In this document: positions 19,460 through 29,699 of the stretch, in pieces | Position numbering within the stretch: the stretch's first letter is position 1 | Layout: the number at the start of each line of letters is the position of its first letter | Origin: a plasmid | DNA: 64,000 nt | Sequence record: NZ_CP040186.1 | Direction: 5' to 3' (one strand) | Program-made: the position numbers and the translations under genes | Notes under the pieces: generated by a model | Seen by the model: only the letters and a program-made list of their open reading frames with translations | Databases searched by the model: none | What the model was told of the DNA's origin: nothing

Positions 19460-20332
19460 TTATATGGGCTCGGGGTACGGCGCCAGGCGGGTATAGTTAT
19501 TGCCCCGGGATATCAGCATTCGTTCCGTCACACGTCGCTCCACCTCACGCTTCAGCGCGTCATGATCGCCTCTGAAGCGGCCGGTGGCATATTCACGGGT
19601 CAGCTGCTGACGAACGCGCGTCTCTATATCCTTACGCTGGCGTGAAGCATCCCGGCGAGCTGTCGCTCGCTTCTGGCCATGTGATTTACGCTCAGCCTGG
19701 TAGCTACGAAAACGCTCGCGTACAAAACGCCAGGATTTAGCGATCAGCTCGTCCATTTCCAGTTGTGGCAGGCTCTGCTTTTTACGCTGTTTGTTTTCCC
19801 ACTCCACACGGCTACGACGCGCGGCCACGACAGCGACATCTGACACATCCAGAGCCTGAAAAAGAGCCGGCGTGAACGTCATGTCGGTCGGGATGTTACA
19901 GCCAATCTGCGGGTCATATTCCGTGGTGTAGGTGATCAGGCCCAACTCGGACATAAAGCGCAGCGCACGGGTCGCCCGCGAGATAGAGAGATTGCCACTT
20001 GCGGATTCCGTGGCCAGCCCGCACTCGATGGCCATATTGGTAATCGAGCGCTGCACGCGATTGGCCAGCGGATCATAATGGAAGCACATTGCCTGCAGGA
20101 GCGCGTCAATTGCACGTCGACGCAGTATAGGAGGCATGCGGCGGCGCTTACCCAGTGAGCGGGCAAAAGCAACATGGATTGAAAAATCAAAGGTAGCGGT
20201 GAAGCCTTCGGCTTTGGCCATCAGCTTACGACAGAACGGCAGTGTCTTTTTGCCTTCACGCGCCATAAAACGCGGCTCGGCATTTTTAACCTGAACGTAA
20301 TGAAATGAGTTTTCTGAATTCTGGTCAGCCAC
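19460..20332 (-). CDS. repA: IncFII-type replication initiator RepA1
   Basis: 290 aa, closely similar to R100/R1 RepA1 (…YRQVKNPNP.. / [13 protein letters not shown].. / [16 protein letters not shown]...). GTG start overlaps the tap stop, the classic coupling. Confidence 0.85.
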   Translation of the reverse strand: MADQNSENSFHYVQVKNAEPRFMAREGKKTLPFCRKLMAKAEGFTATFDFSIHVAFARSLGKRRRMPPILRRRAIDALLQAMCFHYDPLANRVQRSITNMAIECGLATESASGNLSISRATRALRFMSELGLITYTTEYDPQIGCNIPTDMTFTPALFQALDVSDVAVVAARRSRVEWENKQRKKQSLPQLEMDELIAKSWRFVRERFRSYQAERKSHGQKRATARRDASRQRKDIETRVRQQLTREYATGRFRGDHDALKREVERRVTERMLISRGNNYTRLAPYPEPI

Positions 20333-20403
20333 CGCTTCCTGCGCTTATGTTGCACGGAAGGAGTGAGCACAGAAGGTCTTGAACTTTTCTGAGCATGAAT
20401 CTA
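20326..20403 (-). CDS. tap: tap (repA leader peptide, RepA6)
   Basis: Reverse-strand translation [23 protein letters not shown] ends where the repA1 GTG begins, like R100 tap ([25 protein letters not shown]). Confidence 0.6.
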
Positions 20404-20404
20404 T

Positions 20405-20500
20405 ACTCCCTGCATAGAGCAACAGCTTCTATGCAGTTTTGAAAGGCCCCGTTAATCTTTTCGCTCCGCCAAGAATGAAGAAGATTATCGGGGTTTTTGC
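20405..20500 (+). ncRNA. copA: probable CopA/inc antisense RNA region of the IncFII replicon
   Basis: Placed by position between copB and tap, antisense to the repA leader. The stem-loop is not explicitly mapped and the coordinates are approximate. Confidence 0.3.
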
Positions 20501-20611
20501 TTTTCTGGTTCCAGGTAAATTCCCCATCCGAACCAGTTCCCTGCCACCTTGCGGCGTGGCCAGCCAGAAATCTCTAAACGATCAGTAATCTAGCACTCAA
20601 AGCCGGATGGA

Positions 20612-20881
20612 TCAAGAATGTGACGTCGTTACATCAATTCCAAGCTTCGCGGACTCCATTTCAATAAGCCTTTCAATCATTTCTGCCTGAGTAATTCCTT
20701 CACTCTCACACATGATTTGAAGCTGATTTTTAAGTGAATCGCGCACAAACACCCTCACCTCTTTGTGCGTCGTTTTTTTACGCGCAACAGCCTTCTGCTG
20801 CCGTTCTGCAGCAGAAAGTGGTTTCCCTTTTCTGTAGGGGCGTTTAGATGAGGAAGTAACTGCGTTTATGGCCTGTGACAT
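20612..20881 (-). CDS. copB: RepA2 / CopB transcriptional repressor of repA
   Basis: MSQAINAVTSS...RKGKPLSAAERQQKAVARKKTTHKEVRVFV resembles R100/R1 CopB (MSQTENAVTSS...). Sits immediately upstream of the repA control region. Confidence 0.65.
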   Translation of the reverse strand: MSQAINAVTSSSKRPYRKGKPLSAAERQQKAVARKKTTHKEVRVFVRDSLKNQLQIMCESEGITQAEMIERLIEMESAKLGIDVTTSHS

Positions 20882-21021
20882 CTCTGCCTCCTCAAGCATT
20901 TAACTAAATACCTGAACAAAGATACTACAGCTGGCCTGATGCGGCGAGTGGCTATGTTATTTTTTGTTATATAACCTAATCTCCGTTGGCGCGAAGTTCA
21001 GGTTAAAAAACGTAACGATTT

Positions 21022-21588
21022 TCAGTACGTACTCTGCCAGTCCGTTCCCTGTGCCCAGCGGGATGCCCAGTGGTTCAGGTAACTGTGGGCGACAACCGGG
21101 TCATCCCACACGACCAGCACATTCTCTGAATTCGAACGGTCCGCAGCCCGACTGAAATTGAAAGAGCCGACCTCGGTATTGCGTTTGTCTGCGACGATCA
21201 CTTTGTCATGAAGGATCGTATATACGTCGACGGTGCGGACAGGGATACCCGCGCTGACCAGCACGTTCATGGCGGCCACACTGGCTTTCCCGGTATTCGC
21301 CTTCTGGTCCAGTACTACCCTGATATCCACTCCACGCCGTTTTGCCGCAATAAGCGAGCGAGTCACCTCCGGCGACGTGAAGGAGTATCCCATCAGGCGG
21401 ATTTCCTGCTGCGCTGAATCGATGGTCTTCAGGACCAGCTGCAGGGCCGTTCCTTCCGGGGAAAAGCCGGTCTCGATGGACGCGGCGTTGACTGCCGGCA
21501 CTGGCGTGTAAAGCGCCAGACTGAGCAGTCCGGGCAACCACCACCGGCTGGCTGGGGTTTGACGGGTCGTTCTTTTTTCTATACTCAT
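21022..21588 (-). CDS. phospholipase D-family endonuclease (Nuc-like), secreted
   Basis: N-terminal signal peptide. HDKVIVAD H-x-K-x4-D PLD motif. 188 aa. Commonly next to IncF rep regions. Confidence 0.7.
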   Translation of the reverse strand: MSIEKRTTRQTPASRWWLPGLLSLALYTPVPAVNAASIETGFSPEGTALQLVLKTIDSAQQEIRLMGYSFTSPEVTRSLIAAKRRGVDIRVVLDQKANTGKASVAAMNVLVSAGIPVRTVDVYTILHDKVIVADKRNTEVGSFNFSRAADRSNSENVLVVWDDPVVAHSYLNHWASRWAQGTDWQSTY

Positions 21589-22096
21589 ACGATTTCACTC
21601 CTGATGACATTCAGTGATGTCGTGTCGGTGCTTCAGAAAATCCCTCACACACCTGACCAGTTTCTCTGAATCCCGCTCCCGCAACAGCGGAATGCCGGCC
21701 TGGCGAAGTACCTCTTCCAGCAGAATATCCCGGCGTACCCGATGTTTTTTCAGGTGCGAGGCATCATCCAGTTCGACAGCGGCCACAATGGCAAAGGTCG
21801 TGATAGGGGTCAGCTTGGATATCGAAAATTATTGTACTATAAGGACTTCCCCGGCATGTCAAAGCCGGTATTTATGGTTTCTGTCTGCTCTTCAGTAAAA
21901 ATAAAGGGGAGAGACTGCGGTACTATAAACGGCCATGATGAATCGTCATCGATTCGGGCCCTGATGAAAGACGCGCGTGAGGTTCTAGTTCGTTAAGCGG
22001 ATACGTATATCCTGTACAATAGCCAGATAGGCCTCACGGGGTCTAACCCTTTATCATCAACGAATTGCAGGTCAGATGGTTATACAGCTTCGAGCT

Positions 22097-22987
22097 TTAG
22101 TTGACTGAGTACAGCCGGAAATCATCACCGTAATGTAGTGATGCCCAACACAGCCGCGCATTTTTGGCGGCGATGGCCACAACAGCCCGCCAGTACCCTC
22201 TGCGCTCAACCAACATACAAACCCAACGGCTGAATGAGTCAGTCCTTTTCCCGGCGCCAATAAGCACTGAACGAGCCCCCTGAACCAGAAGCGTTCGCAG
22301 ATACGAATCACCGGCTTTTGTGATCCTGCCGAGTTTCGACTTTCCCCCGCTGCTGTATTGTGATGGCGTCAGCCCCAGCCAGGCTGCCAGTTGACGTCCA
22401 TTTTTAAAATCATGTGCATTACCGATACTGGCGACCAGTGCACAGGCCGTTGTGGGACCAACGCCCTTTAGCTCCATCAGCCGCTGACTGCGATGATCTG
22501 TTTTGGCTATGTGGGACAAAATTCGGTCATATTCAGTGATGTTAGCTTCAATGCGATCAACGTGTTCCATCAAATCATCAACACATTGCTGAACCTGAAG
22601 CGGTAAAGAGCTCTTCTGCACAGAAACCATGTGGCGCAGGGCATCAGCACTTTGTGGCGCGATGACACCGAATTCAGATATCAATCCTCGCAGACGATTA
22701 TACGTTGCTGTTTTCTCTTCGATAAAACCCTGACGGGTACGATGTAAACACTGCATGGCCTGCTGGCTTTCGTCTTTCACTGGTACGAACCGCATATGCG
22801 GACGACGAACAGCTTCACAGATAGCCTGAGCATCAGCTGCATCATTTTTTCCTGATTTTCCGGCCATACGATAAGGCGATACAAACTTAGCAGCCATCAG
22901 ACGTGGCTCATGACCATACTGCCGAAACAATCTTGCCCAGTAGTGAGCCCCGGAGCATGCTTCCATCCCGATAACACAGGGAGGCAA
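22097..22987 (-). mobile_element. IS110-family (IS1111 subgroup) transposase gene, 5'-truncated
   Basis: Strong similarity to the IS4321-type transposase from the E motif onward (IGMEACSG..KNDAADAQAICEA..). The first 40 or so codons are missing. Abuts the IS21-family element. Confidence 0.6.
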
Positions 22988-23134
22988 ACTTGCAATTAAC
23001 TCAGGAAGTGCAGCACGCGATACTTTAGGCTTAACCAGAACTATGAGACGACAATAACTCAGTCCGCCTGGTGCTGATTATTCTGGCCGGTTTTGTAATC
23101 TGAATGTCATGTACATGCTCCAACAGGAAATGGC

Positions 23135-24634
23135 GTGACGCTCAATACTTCTCAGGTCAGTTACTACATGACTCAACGTAAAAAAGGGGCAACCCAGCAT
23201 ATCTCGGCCATGAAGGCCGGTATCTCTGTCCGATCTGGTCGCCGGATCGAGAAAGATCAGTGGTCGAAAGCCGGTGAACGCCACTGGCGAACGCGTAAAG
23301 ATCCACTTGAAGCTGTGTGGGACAGCGAGCTTGTCCCTTTACTGAAAGAAAGGCCTGCTCTGATGCCAACCACGTTGCTGGAAATGCTACAGGATAAATA
23401 TCCTGGTCAGTACCCCAACAACCTCCGCAGGACAATGCAGCGGCGGGTCCGTGAATGGAAGTTGCAATATGGTGCGGAGCAGGAGGTCATGTTCCGCCAG
23501 CGGCATCAACCCGGGTTGCGTGGTCTGTCTGACTTTACTGAGCTGAAAGGCGTAGTTGTCACCATCGCCGGTAAGTTGTTGGCGCATAAGCTGTATCACT
23601 TCCGCCTTGAGTGGAGCCACTGGAGCTGGATGCGGGTTGTGCTGGGTGGGGAGAGCTTCTCTGCCCTGGCTGAAGGGTTGCAGGAGGCGCTCGGTCAGTT
23701 AGGCGGCGTGCCGTCAGAGCACAAAACTGACAGCCTGCGGGCCGCGTGGAAACACCGGGGTGAAGACGGTCAACGGGAACTGACAGAGCGTTATGCCGAG
23801 CTCTGCCGGCACTACGGTATGCAGGGCGTGCACAATAATGCCGGACGGGGCCATGAAAACAGTTCGGTGGAGAGCGCTCACGGGCATCTGAAACGGCGGA
23901 TCCGCCGTGCGCTGATACTACGCGGTAGCAACGACTTCAGTACGCTTGAAGAATACCGTGCCTTCATCACTCAGCAGGTCATGCGGCATAACCGCAATAA
24001 TCAGGATCTGGTTAAAGAAGAGCAGCCTCATCTGAAGCCGCTGCCGCTTCGTCGCAGCGCCGACTATGACGAACTGACGGTGAGGGTCAGTAGCAGCAGT
24101 ACCATCAACGTCAGGCACGTCATCTACAGCGTCCCTTCCCGGCTGGTTGGCCAGCTTCTGCGGGTCCGGTTATGGGATGACCGTCTGAGTTGTTACGTTG
24201 GCAGTAACGAAGTCATGAACTGTCCCCGGGTCAGACCCGAAAAAGGCAAGACGCGGGCACGGCGAATCGACTTCCGGCATGTGATCGACAGCCTGGCAAA
24301 AAAGCCCGGGGCGTTCTGCCATGCGACACTGAGAAACGACATCCTGCCGGATGATGAATGGCGAAAACTATGGCGCCGTCTGTGCAACCACCTGGAGCCC
24401 GAAATGGCTGGCAGACTGATGGTACACGCACTGAAACTGGCTGCGGGGTATGACGATATCTCGGTCGTGGCACGCGGGATGGAGCAGATGCTGAATACCC
24501 CAGGCGAACTGGATCTGAACCGGTTGATGCGGTTCCTGGGAATAAAGGAAAAAGAGCTACCGCCCGTCAGTGTCGTTCAGCATAACCTGAGCAGTTATGA
24601 GCAGTTGCTGCGTGGAAAAGGAGGTCTGCAGTGA
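23135..24634 (+). CDS. istA: IS21-family transposase IstA
   Basis: N-terminal HTH plus DDE catalytic core, typical IstA length. Confidence 0.7.
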   Translation: MTLNTSQVSYYMTQRKKGATQHISAMKAGISVRSGRRIEKDQWSKAGERHWRTRKDPLEAVWDSELVPLLKERPALMPTTLLEMLQDKYPGQYPNNLRRTMQRRVREWKLQYGAEQEVMFRQRHQPGLRGLSDFTELKGVVVTIAGKLLAHKLYHFRLEWSHWSWMRVVLGGESFSALAEGLQEALGQLGGVPSEHKTDSLRAAWKHRGEDGQRELTERYAELCRHYGMQGVHNNAGRGHENSSVESAHGHLKRRIRRALILRGSNDFSTLEEYRAFITQQVMRHNRNNQDLVKEEQPHLKPLPLRRSADYDELTVRVSSSSTINVRHVIYSVPSRLVGQLLRVRLWDDRLSCYVGSNEVMNCPRVRPEKGKTRARRIDFRHVIDSLAKKPGAFCHATLRNDILPDDEWRKLWRRLCNHLEPEMAGRLMVHALKLAAGYDDISVVARGMEQMLNTPGELDLNRLMRFLGIKEKELPPVSVVQHNLSSYEQLLRGKGGLQ

Positions 24635-25386
24635 GCAATATCCATCACCTGGAACGCAGCCTGCGAAAACTGCGCCTGACACGCGTTGGCGCGGAATGGC
24701 ATGCGCTGGAAAAACGTGCGCTGGCAGAGGGGTGGACCCCGTCACGCTATCTGCTGACGCTGTGTAATGAAGAACTGCTGTGGCGTGAAAGCGAAAAGCT
24801 GCGCCGCTATAAAAAGGAAGCCCGGTTGCCGGTCGCGAAAACCCTGGGTGAATATGACTTCGCCCAGGTGCCGGAGCTGAATGCAGCTCAGTTCCGGCAG
24901 CTCTGCGAAACGACAGACTGGGTTGATGCAGGTGAAAACGTCCTGCTGTTCGGCGCCAGCGGGCTGGGGAAAAGCCATCTGGCGGCAGCGATCGTGGATG
25001 GCGTTGTAGGTCAGGGCTACCGGGCCCGGTTCTACAGCGCGGGAGAGCTGTTGCAGGAACTGCGTAAAGCCAGAGCTCAGCTGAAACTGAATGAGCTGTT
25101 ACTGAAACTGGATCGCTATCGGGTGATAGTGGTGGATGACCTCGGTTATGTCAAACGCGACAACGCGGAAACCGGTGTGCTGTTCGAGTTAATCGCTCAT
25201 CGCTATGAACGAGGGAGTCTGGTGATCACCAGTAACCATCCGTTCAGCACATGGGGCAGCATCTTCGTGGATGAGACGATGGCAGTAGCGGCGGCCGACA
25301 GGCTGATCCACCACGGATATATGTTCGAACTGAAGGGAGAAAGCTACAGGAAAAAGACGGCAAAGGCAGTAACCAGCGCGACTTAA
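24631..25386 (+). CDS. istB: IS21-family ATP-binding helper IstB
   Basis: Walker A LLFGASGLGKSHLA and Walker B VIVVDDLGY. Confidence 0.7.
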   Translation: MSNIHHLERSLRKLRLTRVGAEWHALEKRALAEGWTPSRYLLTLCNEELLWRESEKLRRYKKEARLPVAKTLGEYDFAQVPELNAAQFRQLCETTDWVDAGENVLLFGASGLGKSHLAAAIVDGVVGQGYRARFYSAGELLQELRKARAQLKLNELLLKLDRYRVIVVDDLGYVKRDNAETGVLFELIAHRYERGSLVITSNHPFSTWGSIFVDETMAVAAADRLIHHGYMFELKGESYRKKTAKAVTSAT

Positions 25387-25434
25387 CGTCGCACTAAAGG
25401 ATGCGGCCAGAATAGTTGGCGCCAGTCGGCAAAA

Positions 25435-26070
25435 CTAGTTGACGTCTAATACCAGGGATTTCAGCGCAATACGGTAAGCATCCTGGACATTACGATAGGC
25501 GGTAACGTCGGGCCTCCACGAAGCCAGGGTACGGATCAACTGCATCCTCGTGAGGTGACGTATCTGGTCACGTAGCTCATCCGGGGCAGAAACGATATTC
25601 ATCTGGATCATTTGGAGTGCAATACGTCGCGCAGCAACAGCCGTTTTGCGGCAGACTTTCAGGACACGCAACGCTTCAATCATTCCGCTACGAGTTTTTG
25701 GTGTGACGGTTCGTATGCGTGAAAAAGCTGCGTGAGCAGCACATTCTGCATCAATGGTATCGCTTTTACCTCGCTTACGGCGTTCCATTTTATCTGGTGC
25801 TGTGACCTCCAGAACTTCCACTCCGGTACTCTGGAGATAACGCAATAAACCTGCACCGTAGGAACCTGTGCATTCAATTCCGATGCGCTTAACAGTTCCG
25901 AAAGATGCCATCCAGACCAGCATCTGACGGTATCCCTGACGTGTTGTCGCGAAAAACTCACTACCCAAGACCCGATTATTTTGATCAACCACAGCAGCAA
26001 CATGTAAATCTTTATGCGTATCAACGCCACCAACGACAGGTGATAAATGAACTAGTTTTGCCTTTGCCAT
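25435..26070 (-). mobile_element. IS110-family (IS110/IS116/IS902 group) transposase N-terminal fragment
   Basis: DEDD N-terminal domain motifs VGGVDTHKD, IGIECTGSYG, KSDTIDAECAA. 211 aa, then cut off next to the IS21 end. Confidence 0.55.
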
Positions 26071-26351
26071 GGGTTATTCCTGTACCTGCAATTATTCGTC
26101 ATTTCCCCCTGACGATAACCCGGACAGGACAGTAAAGAGACAAGCCGTCAGGCCCTTCTTGAGTCACGCGTATCGGTGAGGAGAAGCCTCGCATGGAGTA
26201 CTTCCTGATAACCGACGGGTCCAGGGAAAGACATATTACTGGTCGTTCAGAGTGTGAGTCAGGAAACCGGGAAGCCTTCACTGCATCAGTGATCCACCGG
26301 TCAGGCAAAACAGCAAGCATGATGATGAAAACTGACGCTGATATTCTTACT

Positions 26352-27265
26352 ATCCGAATGAACCAGCACCTGATTTTCGGGATTACGCCGCCATACAGCC
26401 ATCAGCAGTGCGTTCAGGACAATGTCCTTTGTCATCCGGGATTGCATGGACCAGCCGATAATTTTGCGTGAGAACAGATCAACAACAACGGCAAGATACA
26501 GCCAGCCTTCGTGGGTCCTGATGTAGGTTATGTCCGTTACCCAACGCTCATCAGGAGCATCCGGATTGAACTGTCGCTGGAGCCTGTTGGGTGACACGAT
26601 ACTGGCCTCGCCTTTACGTGCCCGCGGGCTTCGGTATCCGACCTGAGCCTTTATTCCGACACGTTTCATCAGTCTCCAGACTCTGTTTACTCCGCACTGT
26701 TGCCCGCTGTCACGCAGATCCAGATGGATTTTGCGATAACCATAGACGCATCCCGATTCCAGCCAGAACTGTTTAATCTGTCCTGTCAGTCTCAGGTCTG
26801 CCTGATGGCGTTGTGAATGCGGCTGCTGAAGCCAGGCGTAAAAACCACTGGGATGAACATCCAGCACCCGACAGAGCAGGCGAACAGGCCAGCAACAGGA
26901 GTTGTCACGGATAAAGGCGTACCTCAGTCGGACAGCTTTGCGAAGTACGCCGCGGCTTTTTTTAATATGTCCCGTTCGTCGGTAACCCGTTTCAGCTCTT
27001 TCTGGAGACGGCGGATCTCGGCCTGAGCATCTGACTGTTCTTTATTAGTGGAAGAATCCGGACCGTACTTCTTTATCCAGGCATAAAGGCTGTGGGTGGT
27101 GATATCGAGACGTGTTGCAACGCTGGCAACAGAATAACCGCGATCAACAACCTGTTTGACTGCTTCAGTTTTAAACTCTTCGGGATAACGCTTACCGCTC
27201 ATGGGCACCTCTCTTTAAGCCATCTTAAATGACTCTGAGGTGTCTGTTAAACCCGTGGCGATTCA
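26352..27265 (-). mobile_element. IS3-family element, truncated copy 2 (same element as 61044..62271)
   Basis: Intact orfA at 26924..27208 and right end CCCGTGGCGATTCA at 27252..27265. orfB (26301..26867) loses homology at about 26352 and runs into unrelated sequence. Confidence 0.6.
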
Positions 27266-27944
27266 ATTCTTGATGCAGTTGCCATCTACTATTTCAAACT
27301 GAATGCCCCTGTCACCATCGTAGTGACTACGTTTCTGGTATTATTCGGTTTATCGTTTGCATACGTAGATACCACAAAGCGATCAGAACGGCACTTTGCC
27401 GAGCGGCGTAAAGCACAGGCGCAGGGCGCGACATTTTCGATGATGTGGGATGCCCTTGATTCGGATGCTAAACAGCTTTTTTACCAAAAAATTGATGTGG
27501 AAAGTGCATCCAGCGAGTTTAAGTCCAGATACCAGCAATTGCAGAACGAAATCAGTTACTGGGACAAGGAGATAGAGCGTCTACGTTAATCAGATTAACA
27601 GTGACTGGGTGGGCCGCAAGGCACTACCCCCATTTTTTCCTTAATGTCGATAATGTCACACTCCATGCAGAGCAGAAAAAATCCCGTCTAATAATTCAAC
27701 GGCTCGTTTATCAACTCTTTGCCAAGGACTCCGAGTCGCTACATTACGTCCGAGAAATAAAGCTCTTGGTCATTAACGCATGTGCAGGCATAAACTCTGG
27801 GTTATATCGACTGGCGGAGTTGCTCGCCAATGGTTGCAGTCAGGAATTAGCAATGACTGCTTGTGGCACACAGCGGAGAAGCAAATGAGATGGTTGTCCG
27901 CAGACTCCTGGAGTCGATTAAAAAATCAGAATACAGAAAACCAT

Positions 27945-28427
27945 TCAGACTTTTATCGGGAATAACAATGTCAGCGTGTTGACTATGGAAGGCTCAAAGC
28001 CAAAACGGGTGTAAAAACATTTAACTTCTTCATTCAGCGCATGCACGGCCAGTGCTCTCACCCCGACCTGAAAGGCAATGTTTTGCGTACGGTATATAGC
28101 ATCCTTAAGAAGTGCGGCACCAAGCCCATTCCCGGACCAGGCCTGGTCGATGGCAAGCCGTCCCAGGACAATGACCGGAATGACTTCAGGCGCGTTGCGT
28201 CTATAGGCCCCAGGCACTGTGTTACGGTGGACGCTACCCGAAGATAAACAATAATAACCGATGACCCGGTTCGAGTTTTCTGCGCAGACGACATAGACAC
28301 GGGAAATGCCGGTACTGTGGTTTCTGAGAGCCTTCTTCTTTAACCACTCATTAAGGGCAGGCTCCTGGCAGCAGAACTCAGCGATGTTATGTTCAGCCGT
28401 CAGGGATTCAGGCGCTCTCATTCCCAT
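27945..28427 (-). CDS. GNAT-family acetyltransferase toxin (TacT/AtaT/KacT-like)
   Basis: GNAT fold motifs (VLGRLAID..GLGAALL). 160 aa. Overlaps the upstream DUF1778 antitoxin gene by 10 nt. Confidence 0.65.
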   Translation of the reverse strand: MGMRAPESLTAEHNIAEFCCQEPALNEWLKKKALRNHSTGISRVYVVCAENSNRVIGYYCLSSGSVHRNTVPGAYRRNAPEVIPVIVLGRLAIDQAWSGNGLGAALLKDAIYRTQNIAFQVGVRALAVHALNEEVKCFYTRFGFEPSIVNTLTLLFPIKV

Positions 28428-28696
28428 GGTGATTTGCGGTTCATCAGGTTATCGATTCTCGCCTGGCGCTCCGGCGTTATTGGGGCGTCAAGCTCTTCAA
28501 TAAACGCCTCAAACTGATTGTCATTGAGGAGGAACAGTCGTTGATCAAGTAGAATGTCCTGTGCTTCCCTGCAGGCAACCTCAAGCATAAAATCAGTCCG
28601 TGATTTTGAGACCAGGCTTGCGGCCATGTCGATCAGGTCACGCTGTGATGTTTTGGCCCGGATATTGATCGGAGCTTCACGAACGTCTGGTTTCAT
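28418..28696 (-). CDS. DUF1778 (RHH) antitoxin, TacA/KacA-like
   Basis: 92 aa, paired with the GNAT toxin. A C-terminal helix that would neutralise the toxin is typical of DUF1778. Confidence 0.6.
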   Translation of the reverse strand: MKPDVREAPINIRAKTSQRDLIDMAASLVSKSRTDFMLEVACREAQDILLDQRLFLLNDNQFEAFIEELDAPITPERQARIDNLMNRKSPWE

Positions 28697-29110
28697 AGAT
28701 ACCTCATGTTTAGCAGATTTATATACGATTATAGCCTTTGTATATAGAAACGCTATACAAATCTGTCATGCTTTCGTCGGTTAGAAACACAAGCCGCGTT
28801 GTATCATCATGCATCATTCAGGACTGATAAAGTTATATCCAACTGATAATGTCATCGAGCTGCTGGTTGTCAGTTGGCCGCAGTTTTAAAAACAGCTGCA
28901 GCGACGTAGTCCTGCATTTTCTCGGTTGAAGAGCCGACACCATCAACTGATCCCATTCCCTGCCTGCCATAATCTGTCAGCACTCTTCTGCCGCTGCCGG
29001 TAAAAACTGCTTTGCTTCGATACTCATAAACTTTCTCCATGATTCAGTCACACGTCAGGCCCATATGTAAAGTGGGGTCAGACGCTTGAGAACAAGCCGG
29101 TTATTCGCAT

Positions 29111-29479
29111 TCAGAGAGAGGGGATCTCTGAGTATTTATCCATAGTTCGTTTTTTATCGATACGTATCTGTCGCCACGCCTGAAAGTCCGGGCGTGTTTC
29201 CGCCATCCTGACGACTTCAACAGAGAAAACCTTATATTTGCCCTGCTGCAGGGGTACGCCAAGCCAGCGGCGTATGGCGGCATCTGTCCACAAACGGGAG
29301 TTATTAAGTCTGTAGACGGTGATCCATTTTTCTGACCATGCATCAAATTTCTGGCATCGCAGCTGATACCGTCGCTCTTCTTCCCGTCTTTTCCAGTCGC
29401 TGTCTACAGCAAACTTTCGGTGACCAACAAAAATCCCCTGGACTTTGCCCATGCCCGCTATCCACTGGAATGTCGTCAT
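29111..29479 (-). CDS. hypothetical protein
   Basis: 122-aa ORF, no recognisable family. Confidence 0.25.
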   Translation of the reverse strand: MTTFQWIAGMGKVQGIFVGHRKFAVDSDWKRREEERRYQLRCQKFDAWSEKWITVYRLNNSRLWTDAAIRRWLGVPLQQGKYKVFSVEVVRMAETRPDFQAWRQIRIDKKRTMDKYSEIPSL

Positions 29480-29699
29480 TTCCCACGGTATCAGGGGTCC
29501 GCTTGGAAAACGGAATCTATGGTCACTCCCGTTTTTGCAACACCGATTTTGACGACAAGTTGGCTTGCTTGAATCTATCCGGCGTCTGAATGGGATTTTA
29601 TTCCCGCGCCTTGATGAGTTCCGCGCCTGATGAACCTCCAGAAAATATACGGCTTCAATGAGCCTTTCCGTTTTACAGGTTCCTCAACAGGCCGGTGGG

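Larger units (their letters stand above)
23060..25430 (+). mobile_element. IS21-family insertion sequence (istA+istB); ends approximate
   Basis: istA 23135..24634 (499 aa, HTH plus DDE integrase). istB 24631..25386 (251 aa, Walker A GASGLGKSHL AAA+ helper) overlaps istA by ATGA. The ends were not mapped at base level. Confidence 0.6.

Noticed and set aside
18989-19496. ORFs 18989..19261 and 19281..19496 on the + strand
   Set aside because: They lie in the probable oriR/GC-rich structured region downstream of repA1, have no RBS and are low-complexity. Treated as non-coding.
21206-21610. 134-aa reverse ORF and + strand ORFs (21208..21417, 21233..21511) overlapping the nuc gene
   Set aside because: They are alternative frames of, or antisense to, the PLD-family nuclease, which has signal peptide and HKD motif support.
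25435-26070. Reading 25435..26070 and 22097..22987 as two halves of one IS110 transposase split by IS21
   Set aside because: Both fragments contain the N-terminal DEDD-domain E and D motifs, so they are homologous regions of two different transposases, not complementary halves.
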